Positions 53,781 through 64,000 of a stretch of DNA of 64,000 nucleotides are shown piece by piece. The position numbers and the translations under genes are program-made. Origin of the DNA: Octopus bimaculoides (Eukaryota); the NCBI RefSeq assembly GCF_001194135.2, contig NC_069000.1, forward strand, positions 21,968,045 through 22,032,044, written 5' to 3'. Every line of letters starts with the position of its first letter. The stretch's first letter is position 1. The notes beneath the pieces are model-generated. The model searched no databases. It worked only from the letters and a program-made list of their open reading frames with translations, and had not been told where the DNA came from.

Positions 53781-54474
53781 TGATAATAATTCTTTCTATT
53801 AAAGGCATAAGGCCTGAAATTTTGGAGGAGGGGGATAGTCGATTACATCAACCCCAGTGTTTCACTGGTGCTTATTTCCTCGACCTCGAAAGGATGAAAG
53901 GCAAAGTTGATGTTGACAGAATTTGAACTCAGAATGTAAGGATAGATGTAGGGGAGCAGTGTATTTGATTAAACTATTACCAGATAAGAGATATTCATGT
54001 TACTGACTTCCACCCATCCAACAGAGATGGAAAGCAAAGTCAACATCTCTCTGAACAAACTCTGAAAACAGGTGGATACAGCAAAATTAAATACTGTTAG
54101 ACAAAAGGTGGAGAAGCTTTTTATGCAGGAAGGCCTCACTGAAGTTATCAGCCATCTGACAAGGCCATATCTCAAAAAACTTTTCACTCTGCTAAACCTG
54201 TTATTTTATAAAATATAATTATTCATAAAATTATCTAACAAAATGTTAAAAAAAATAAAGGCAGTGTTTTGAAGTAAATACATCCACTATAACTTATTGT
54301 ATTTTTTTTCATTCCTTTGTTTTTTTAAAAACAATTGCATTGGATTTCTATGTTTTAACCCTTTAACATTGAGATTACTCCATCAAGTGTAATGCTTATT
54401 TACTCACATTCCTTTGAATTAACCATGAATTATCTTTAGCTTCAAGAATTCAATGATATCTTTAGAATGACATT

Positions 54475-54813
54475 GCTGAATAACAATTGTGAAGGTGCAT
54501 GGCTAAGTGGTTAGGGTATTCAACTCATGATTGTAAGGTCATGAGTTCAATTCCTGGTGGTGCATTGTGTCCTTGAGCAAGACGCTTTATTTCATGTTGC
54601 TCCAGTCCACTCAGCTGACAAAAATGAGCTGTACCTGAAATTCAAAGGGCCAGCCTGGTCACATTCTGTGTCCTGCTGAATCTCCTCGAGAACTACTTTA
54701 AGGGTACACATGTCTGTGGAGTGCTCAGCCACTTGCATGTTTATTTCACGAGTAGGCTGTTCCATTGAACAAATCAATTGGAGCGCTTGTTATTGTAACT
54801 AATGGAATGCCAG
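54475..54813 (+). mobile_element. chimeric SINE (head H2, tail X) with 13-bp TSD
   Basis: TSD ttagaatgacatt at 54462-54474 and 54814-54826; 3' half matches the 8710-8892 region. Confidence 0.8.
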
Positions 54814-54829
54814 TTAGAATGACATTATA

Positions 54830-55212
54830 CAGGGTGTCCACAAGGTCTGGGTACACAGAGAAAATAAAATCATAACATAAACAATCAAATATAAGAAATA
54901 ATAATTTCTTAAAGTATGTCTTAATCCCCATGTGGGTACATGGAGTAAATAAAATCATAACATAAACAATCAAATATAAGAAATAATAATTTCTTAAAGT
55001 ATGTCTTAATNNNNNNNNNNGTACATGGAGTAAATAAAATCATAACATAAACAATCAAATATAAGAAATAATAATTTCTTAAAGTATGTCTTAATCCCCA
55101 TGTGGGTACATGGAGTAAATAAAATCATGACATAAACAATTAAATATAAGAAATAATAATTTCTTAAAAGTATGTCTTAATCCCCATGTACCTAGACTTT
55201 GTGGACACTCTG
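54830..55212. mobile_element. TA-flanked Tc1/mariner-superfamily MITE containing 85-bp tandem repeats
   Basis: TA|cagggtgtccacaaggtct ... agactttgtggacactctg|TA; 85-bp unit about 4 times, across a 10-N gap. Confidence 0.75.
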
Positions 55213-56481
55213 TAGAGTAAATGTGAGAGGTTGGATCTGGGCAATTTGAATGTAAAATAGGGACAATAACTGAGCCAGATATGGTCGGTTTAAATGCTAA
55301 AAGGGTTAGATATAATTGTAATTACATTAAATAGGTAATTACAGCTGTAGGTAAAGAAACTTAATAGGTATTTATAAATCACATTTAGTTGAAACGTGAT
55401 AGGCTTGAAATAAAATAAAATCAACAAGACTATTCTAGTATAATAATTTTTCCAGAAATATCCTACTTCTTCCAGAGGGCTTCAGTTAACCTTAAAGCAT
55501 CAGCCTTGCCACCACCACCCCGCCAACACTCACACACCTGTATGTTAGGCATTCCCATGCTAATATTTCTTATTTCTGTCACTTCACTGCTAAACATAGG
55601 CATATCATCATCATCGTTTAACATCCATTTTCCATGCTGGCATGGGTTGGATGGTTTGACAGGAGCTGTCCAGGCTACAATTATCTGTTTTGGAATGGTT
55701 TCTATGGCTGGATGCCCTTCCTAATGCCAATCACTTTACTGAGTGTGCTGAGTGCCTTCTATGTGCCACCAGCACTGGTGCAACTACACGGCGCTGGCAT
55801 GACTGCATCTTATGTTGCACTGGTGTTAGTGCATTTTACAGTGTTAAATAAAAGGTTGTGATATTGTCGTGTGTAACAGAGAACTAACAGAAAGTGTATT
55901 GAAGACAAATTGTTGGTCAAAATTTACCTTATCTCAAGACATCTTTTCACGTGGTGAAAACTGGTTGATTTTTCTTTGAGATGACATTAGTAACAAAATG
56001 TAACAACAATAACAATAACAAACCAATACATACAAAATAGACCTAGAAGCAATTTTCTAAAATTTAAAAGACATTTTATTAAGCTATTTTAGAATCACTA
56101 GTTTTTCTGTTTTTCCACCCTTTACATCTAGTTTCCTGCTCTGGCTATTTCTTCTTTCTGCTGTACTTTCTTACTTTGTGTCTGACAAGTAAGAACCATT
56201 GCTCATATTCTGTGAAGTTTGGATGCCTAATGTATTAGAAAAGAAGTCAGAGAGAGTGGAATTAAGGTAGCCAGTGTGAAACTTGAGTGTGTGTGTGTGT
56301 GTGCTGGCTCTTAGAATATGCATGCCATATCACTGTGTGTCATGAGAGGCAATCATCAGAGTTTAGTGTCTGGAAGAGTATGTAACAGGAAAATATTGTC
56401 TTAAAAGCCTTGGAAAGCAGATATAAAAGTATGATAATACTGATGATGATGTTTGCATGTGACTGTGTGTGTGTGTGTATA

Positions 56482-56571
56482 TAAGTTACAAATGTATAAG
56501 TATATATGCACTAAGTTACAAATGTATAAGTATATATGCACTAAGTTACAAATGTATCAGTATATATGCAC
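56482..56571 (+). repeat. 30-bp tandem repeat x3 (taagttacaaatgtataagtatatatgcac)
   Basis: three near-identical units. Confidence 0.9.
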
Positions 56572-57069
56572 TTCTAGATAGATGTGTGTGTGTGTGTATG
56601 CACACACATACTCATACTTACACAGAAACACACATCTATCTAGAAGTGCATATATACTTATACATTTGTAACTTAGTTTTGTTAACAATCATCTACTCAT
56701 AACAAGCTATACAGTATTACATATATTGTTTTATTAATGGTGAATGCTAATGTTTAATTATGACCTTTTCTCTGTGTCTTACATGAGATATCACAAAAAA
56801 AAACCCAACACGCCCCACCCACAACCAAACAACTAAATAATAACCATGATAAAACAATACTCAATCTAAATAAAACACACACACACACACACAATATGTG
56901 TGTGTGTGTGGGGGGGGGGGAAGCATGTTGAAAGAAGAGAGAAAAAGGTGCATAAAGTGAGTATTTACGTATGTTCATAATAGGAACAGTAATAAAATAA
57001 TAAAGTTAGAGAATGAATGAATGAATGAATGAATGGAGGTTATCTATCTATCTATCTAAACACACAAAC

Positions 57070-57112
<43 letters not shown>

Positions 57113-57215
57113 TGGTTTAGTACATGTTACAAGCTATTACGCTATACTTCACAACCATAATGTGGATCATTGCAAACTAGATACACTCCTATTGTATTAA
57201 GGATTATTGCATGTA

Positions 57216-57248
<33 letters not shown>

Positions 57249-58360
57249 CATAAATATATAGGGATTGACAGTAACCTGCTTCTCCAACATACTGAGAATT
57301 CAGAAATAGCAGTCAAAGAACTACTGATTTCAAAACTACAAATTATTACTCCAGATTGATAGCGATATTTTTGATACACACAGAACAAAAAACAATAGAG
57401 AAGAGTAAAAACACTTGCCTTTAGTTAATTTAGTACAATTGTTTCACAGTTAAGAGTACATAATACTCTATTCTGATCTTCAGCTAAATATTCTAATAAA
57501 TTTGTTAATNNNNNNNNNNNNNNNNNNNNNNNNNNNNNNNNNNNNNNNNNNNNNNNNNNNNNNNNNNNNNNNNNNNNNNNNNNNNNNNNNNNNNNNNNNN
57601 NNNNNNNNNNNNNNNNNNNNNNNNNNNNNNNNNNNNNNNNNNNNNNNNNNNNNNNNNNNNNNNNNNNNNNNNNNNNNNNNNNNNNNNNNNNNNNNNNNNN
57701 NNNNNNNNNNNNNNNNNNNNNNNNNNNNNNNNNNNNNNNNNNNNNNNNNNNNNNNNNNNNNNNNNNNNNNNNNNNNNNNNNNNNNNNNNNNNNNNNNNNN
57801 NNNNNNNNNNNNNNNNNNNNNNNNNNNNNNNNNNNNNNNNNNNNNNNNNNNNNNNNNNNNNNNNNNNNNNNNNNNNNNNNNNNNNNNNNNNNNNNNNNNN
57901 NNNNNNNNNNNNNNNNNNNNNNNNNNNNNNNNNNNNNNNNNNNNNNNNNNNNNNNNNNNNNNNNNNNNNNNNNNNNNNNNNNNNNNNNNNNNNNNNNNNN
58001 NNNNNNNNNNNNNNNNNNNNNNNNNNNNNNNNNNNNNNNNNNNNNNNNNNNNNNNNNNNNNNNNNNNNNNNNNNNNNNNNNNNNNNNNNNNNNNNNNNNN
58101 NNNNNNNNNNNNNNNNNNNNNNNNNNNNNNNNNNNNNNNNNNNNNNNNNNNNNNNNNNNNNNNNNNNNNNNNNNNNNNNNNNNNNNNNNNNNNNNNNNNN
58201 NNNNNNNNNNNNNNNNNNNNNNNNNNNNNNNNNNNNNNNNNNNNNNNNNNNNNNNNNNNNNNNNNNNNNNNNNNNNNNNNTCACTTCAACATTTAAATTT
58301 AATTTGTCAAATAATTTCGTCGCTTTGAGACCGCGACCTGTTCACTGACAAAATTCTGTG

Positions 58361-58697
58361 CTGCATCTGAGAAAGTAATAGTTAGTTCATGATATATATG
58401 TACATGTGTATGTATGTACGTATGTATGTATGTATGTATGTATGTATGCATGTGCATGTACATGTGTGCGCGTATGCATCTGTGTACATGCGTATGCATG
58501 TGTGCATGCCTATACACATGTATGTATATATGTATATATGTATGTATGTGAGTATGCACGTATGTACTTATGGATGTACGTGAGTAATAGGGTAAGTGTG
58601 TAGACGTGTTTGTGTGTGTGTGTGTGTGTGCATATGTATGTACATGTGTGTGTGCATATGTATGTACATAAACATACATTCACATGTACATACATAT

Positions 58698-58730
<33 letters not shown>

Positions 58731-58961
58731 CGTCTACACACTTACCTATTACTCACGTACATCCATAAGTTCATACATGCATACTCACATACATACATAT
58801 ATACATATATACATACATGTGTATAGGCATGCACACATGCATACGCATGTACACATGTACACGCACATACATACATACATACATACATACATACATACAT
58901 ACGTACATACATACACATGTACATATATATCATGAACTAACTATTACTTTCTCAGATGCAG
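58361..58961. repeat. about 600-bp imperfect palindrome (fold-back/MITE-like)
   Basis: ctgcatctgagaaagtaatagttagttcatga... at the left pairs with ...tcatgaactaactattactttctcagatgcag at the right; arms of about 290 bp with small differences. Confidence 0.85.
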
Positions 58962-59816
58962 NNNNNNNNNNATATATATATATATAATATAATAATATAT
59001 ATACATATATATGTACTTTTTACTCTCTTTTACTCTTTTACTTGTTTCAGTCATTTGACTGTGGCCATGCTGGAGCACCGCCTTTAGTCGAGTAAATCGA
59101 CCCCAGGACTTATTCTTTGGATGCCTAGTACTTATTCTATTGGTCTCTTTTGCCGAACCGCTAAGTGACGGGGACATAAACACACCACCATCGGTTGTCA
59201 GGCGATGCTGTGGGGACAAACACAGACACATAAAATATGTACCAGTTGAACACTGGGATTAATGTAATCAACATATCCCCTCCCTTGAAATGACTGGCCT
59301 TGTGCCAAAATTTTAAACTTAATATATCAGACTTCTTTTAATTGATTATAATCGATTACTGAAGTAACAATTAGGTTTTAGTTAATCAACTATATTTCTT
59401 CCTTAATAAACTATATTCCATTTTTAACCAACTACACATCTTCTTTAGTAGTGGCTTAGTGGTTAGGGTGTTGGATTCATGATTGTAAGATTGAAGATTG
59501 TGGTTTCAATTCCTGGACCCGGCAATATGTGTTCTTGAGCCACACACTTCATTTCACATTGCTCCAGGTTACTCAGCTGGCAGAAATGAGTAATCCTGTG
59601 ACAGACCAGTGTCCTGTCCAGGTGGGGAATATATGCACCATGGAAACCAGGAAACCGGTGCTTATGAGTCAGTATGACTTGGGAAGGACCCCTGATCCCC
59701 ACTTTTTTTTTATACACCATCTTTATACAAACAATAAAGAAAAAGAAAAACAAAGCAATTTTAGCAAAAGATATTAATCAAATTAAAAAGAGAATGCAAA
59801 ACAGAACAGAACTAAC

Positions 59817-59975
59817 CTTGTTAAATGGCTGAGTACATATTATCTTTACTCGGTCCCACTTCTCTTCAGTTGCAGGCTTGCTTAACTTATCTGAACCAAA
59901 CATGCGTACACTGTATCGATTTTTATTATTCCGGCTTTCCATTGGAGACATAAACGATGATGTGACAAGAATAAC
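59817..59975 (-). CDS. XRCC1: XRCC1 exon, NTD
   Basis: tatcag|GTT...AACAAG|gttagt; 159 nt, VILVTSSFMSPMESRNNKNRYSVRMFGSDKLSKPATEEKWDRVKIICTQPFNK. Confidence 0.97.
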
Positions 59976-60429
59976 CTGATAAACAGGAAAAAATACATAC
60001 ATATAATAGTCATTTTTGCTATAGGCAGAAGGTCTGAGATTATAGGGGAGGGGGGGGGCTAGTCAATCTCATTAATCCCTGTACTTGACTGGTACTTATT
60101 TTAATGATCTCGAATGGATGTAAGGCAAAGTCAGCCTCAGCAGAATTTGAACTAAAGCCAGAAGAAATGTCACAAAGCAATTTCTCTGACATGTTAACAA
60201 TTCTGCCATGACACCACTTTTAATAGTGGCACAAGGCCAGTAGGTTTGCGGGAGGAGCTAGGTTGATTAAATCAACTCCTGTGCTCAACTGGTACTTATT
60301 TTACTGACTCCAAAAAAACAAAAAAAACAAAAGCCAAAGCCAACCTTGGCAGAATTTGAATTCAGAATGTAAAAATGGACAAAATGCCATTCTGTCAGGT
60401 CTACTAATGATTCTGCCAGCTTGCCACCA

Positions 60430-60471
<42 letters not shown>

Positions 60472-60494
60472 ATAACAGTTGCATTAAGACAAAC

Positions 60495-60599
60495 CTTGAA
60501 ATCGTCATTGTGAGATGAGGATCGTCCCACCAAAACCTCAACAAAAGCAGAGCCATCATTTCCGATATCAATTGAGTGGATTTTTGAGGCTTTTTCAAA
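60495..60599 (-). CDS. XRCC1: XRCC1 exon, NTD
   Basis: cttcag|TTT...TTCAAG|gtttgt; 105 nt, FEKASKIHSIDIGNDGSAFVEVLVGRSSSHNDDFK (human IHSVDIGNDGSAFVEVLVG). Confidence 0.97.
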
Positions 60600-61626
60600 C
60601 TGAAGAGAGACAAAATATAAGAAGTGAATTTTAAAAAATAATCAAGTTAATATTCCAGTTTTTCCAACTACACAACAAAATAATCAGCAGGGAATTTGAG
60701 CAAATAGTCTAACACCAAATATTTATTACTTATTCAAAAATTTATTCAATTCTACAATTGGCTAATAGGCTCAAGAGATAAAAAGGTAAATGTGCTGAAT
60801 AGGAATGTTTTCATGTAACACATTAACTTCTGTGAACAAACTGTTGCTTATATCTACAGAATTGATAAAGCAGAACAAGTTTCATGCCTTTCAATAGAAG
60901 ATGACAAAGTTCAATTTTTGCAGTCAGAATAAATAGATGCTCAGGACACTCCTGGTGGCAAAGGTTTGATATATGGACCACATCTACTGGTATTGTGTTA
61001 CCATGAATATCTAAACTAAGGAAGAAATCTTTTGTATTTTACTATCATCTCTATCACATCTCCATCGCCTCTACCACCATAAACAACAACACAACGAACT
61101 GTGAAGCAGATAAAGAGCATCTATATGGTCTCTTGACCTGCTAGAAATAGTAGCCACATTTCCAACTAATACATTTCTGTTTTGAAAAAGGAAGGATACA
61201 TTGGATAATGTAATCCCAGGTACACTAAGTCTGAATGAAAAAAAAAAAAAAAAGACGGAATGATTTCAGCAGGAAACTTGTGGGTTAAACAACAACAAAA
61301 TACATCAACCCCCAGTTCTCAACTGGTACTTATTTTATCGACCGCCCCAAAAGGATGGAAGGTAATGTCAACCCCAGTGGAATCTGAACTCAGAATGTAA
61401 GGACAGATTAAATGCTGCTAAGTATTTTGTCCAGTGTGGTAACAATTCTGCCATCACATCGCCTTAATCAACAACAAAATATTACAAGAACTGTCATTCC
61501 AAGTTTTAGAAGCACCATTAAAAGAGACTGTGACAGCACCAACATCACTGCACAACTACCTCACTATCCTACAAGAACAGATTGTTGCAGAAAATATTTT
61601 CAGGTGATAGGATAAAGACAAATTAC

Positions 61627-61719
61627 CTGTAATATGGCTGATAATGATTTTTCCCCAGCACTTGCTGATTTCCATTTGTGGAAACCATCAGGTTTGAGGA
61701 GATTCTCTGCCGGATGATT
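61627..61719 (-). CDS. XRCC1: XRCC1 exon (ancestral exon 2), N-terminal domain
   Basis: ttccag|AATCAT...TTACAG|gtaatt; 93 nt, NHPAENLLKPDGFHKWKSASAGEKSLSAILQ vs human THCAENLLKADTYRKWRAAKAGEKTISVVLQ. No exon 1 found in 61720-64000. Confidence 0.95.
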
Positions 61720-62329
61720 CTGGAAAATAACAACAAAAAGGATTGGCTATTAAGTATTGATCATGGGTCCTCAATCAAGGCCAACTTGTGGGTTAAACAA
61801 CAAAATATTAGTTTCAAATTTTGGCACAAGGCCTGCAATTTTGGGGTAGCCGCTGAGTCGATTACATCAACCTCCAGGGGGTCAACTGGTACTTATTTTA
61901 TCTACCCCGAAAAGGATTAAAGGCAATGTTGATCCTGGTGGAATTTGAACTCAGAATGTAAGGACAGATGAAATGCTGCTAAGAATTTTGCTCGGCATGC
62001 TAACAATTCTTTTCTACTCTAGGCAGAAGGCCTGAAATTTTGGGGGAGGGGGCCAGTCGAATGGATCGACCCCAGCACACAACTGGTACTTAATTTATCG
62101 ACCCTGAAAGGATGAAAGGCAAAGTTGACCATGGCGGAATTTGAACACAGAATGTAAAGACAGGCGAAATACCGCTAAGCATTACATTCAGCGTGCTAAC
62201 GATTCTGCCAACTGACCACCTTAAGCAACAGCAAAATATTACAAGGACTGTCATTCCAAGTTTTACAAGCACCATTAAAAGAGACTGTGACAGTATGTGC
62301 ATGTTTGAATTTTCAAAGAGAGAAAAGTA

Positions 62330-62600
62330 CACAATACATGTTCACTTATTCAAAGCCTCTTCTCATGTTTTCTCTCTTCTTCTTTTGCATGATCCTCCCA
62401 CTTGAATTGCTTGCTACTTTTGCACCCAACTGGCGTCCTCCACATGCATCACGTGTCATATCAGGACAGTTTTCTCTCTTGCATACTACATCAAATTTCT
62501 CTGACTCCAATCTTTCTCAACTCATTTGCACTGTCATTCATGCACTCAACATTACACCTTCATTGAAGTATGCTTGTTTATTTGTTTCCAGTGTAACATG
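62330..62600 (-). mobile_element. old RTE RT C-terminal fragment
   Basis: degenerate equivalent of the SMLRWMCNV...ERRLRWYGHV region. Confidence 0.5.
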
Positions 62601-62869
62601 TCCTTCACAATAACTACCCTTTGGATTAAGGATTTTTAGTACGCTTATAGGTGCAGGCGTAGTTGTGTGGTAAAAGTCAATAATACAGACACTAATGAGC
62701 AAGCAAATGCAAAGGAAGGAATGCGGAAATGCACTGAACTAGTAAATAAAGCTGTGTTGTCCAAGAACACACAATGAAAACCTTGTAACAGTATGATGTA
62801 GTAATAGAAAGTTGTTTGATTCTATTCACCATCCATGGCTACTTAGGTCAAAATAGTTTGGCAAAAGTA

Positions 62870-63860
62870 CCTGCTGTCATTGACAGGCCCATGAAAACCT
62901 GTTCTAAGTATCCTCACACTTGTAAATGAAACTGGAAAGATTGTCTCTGCTGCTATAAATATTTCAAAAGGAATATTTGAAGGGGACACTCTCTTCATGC
63001 TTCTATTTATTTTGGCTCTAAATCCACCATCACTTAATGAAAATCCACTGGCTATGTCAGCAGCAAGAGACACTAATATAACCCATAATTTCTTTGTGGA
63101 TAATATATACTCAAAATTTTACAATGCTGACAAACAATCAGGGGCGTATATTTTGGGTGTGCTAGGTATGCACTGCATATCCATCGAAAATGGCAAGTTC
63201 ATTATAACCCTTATTCATTAATTTAATTACAAATCTTAATGGAAAATTTTGTTACACCCCTGCTTGAAATTTGGTGGCATTGAGTGTGACAGCACACTCA
63301 ATACAACACCACCATAAGCCACTGCAAACAACTAGATTTGTCATATTTCTGTTGATATAAGGATGAAATTTAGTCAAAAGAAATGTTTATATTTAACAAA
63401 CCACGGTGGTGCATCAGCATGGCCGCAGCTCTGAGCTGAAACTTTGAAATGAAATGAAATGAAAAACCGAATGCAGAAATACTGTTCCCTCAAATTCCAA
63501 ACCTATACATCAATGGTCTCTCTACTTCCCCTGAGTGTTACAAATACCTAGGTATTTTGAAAATATATGATACAAACATACTGTAAACAACGATCGAGTA
63601 CCTAAAGGATATTACAGCAGACTTAAAAAGATACAGAAGTCAGAACATTCCACTTACATCGAGACAATATCTCACAATGCATTTGCAGAACTAGTACTGA
63701 TATTAACGTTTCGGAAACTAGTCTGGTCAGTAGAGAAAATCCACTCCACAGACATTAAAGCCTGCATGATCCTCACATCCACTGCAAACTTCCACAGTTA
63801 GTGACATAGACAAATTCTACCACAGAAGAAAAGTAGGAGGAAGAGTTAAGATCAGTGCAG
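62870..63860 (+). mobile_element. degenerate non-LTR RT fragment, R4/Dong-like
   Basis: ISKGIFEGDTLFMLLFILALNP (GIFQGDSLSPLLF..ALNP), ITHNFFVD, YKYLG, YYSRLKKI, SDIDKFYHRRKVGGR; interrupted by small insertions at about 63139-63262 and 63400-63465. Confidence 0.7.
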
Positions 63861-64000
63861 GCAGTTGTCTTTGAGTGATGTATATCACTTAGACAGCACT
63901 TGCCAAACAACAGCAGCAAAAATAAGCACACCAATCAACTGTTCAAAATTGAAGTAAATAACATTCTGCAGGCTGGTTGTGAACAACTCAATAAACACTC

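Noticed and set aside
57502-58296. Long ORFs in the track made of X (also 9084, 19315, 50345, 52424)
   Set aside because: They are open only because they run through N gaps.
61275-61810. aacttgtgggttaaacaacaa repeated around exon 2 as evidence of duplication
   Set aside because: The same motif ends another dispersed repeat family with a (CAA)n tail (e.g. about 38980 and 21230).

Overview
AT-rich, microsatellite- and transposon-dense eukaryotic genomic DNA from a gapped short-read assembly. The SINE and RTE families look like those of octopus/cephalopods (recognition, not a database result). Two host genes are supported. (1) XRCC1, minus strand: 14 coding exons (ancestral exon 2 to the stop, 61719 down to 23051) with GT-AG junctions and consistent phases, 2052 nt or 683 aa plus stop. 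They cover the NTD, BRCT1, an acidic linker and BRCT2; exon 1 lies beyond the window. (2) The last coding exon of POLR2H/RPB8, plus strand, 11367-11484. The rest is introns and intergenic DNA filled with several tRNA-derived SINE families that swap heads and tails, RTE LINE fragments (one with a PHD finger inside the RT region), an R4/Dong-like LINE fossil, mariner/Tc1 and hAT fossils, piggyBac/hAT/TA MITEs, fold-back palindromes, and mini- and microsatellites. There is no CRISPR, rRNA or true tRNA gene. I see no clear new biological system. The most interesting signals are the modular SINE system, the oriented head-to-tail SINE arrays, the RT-embedded PHD finger and rearranged interaction motifs in XRCC1. 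TE boundaries are approximate unless a target-site duplication (TSD) is given.
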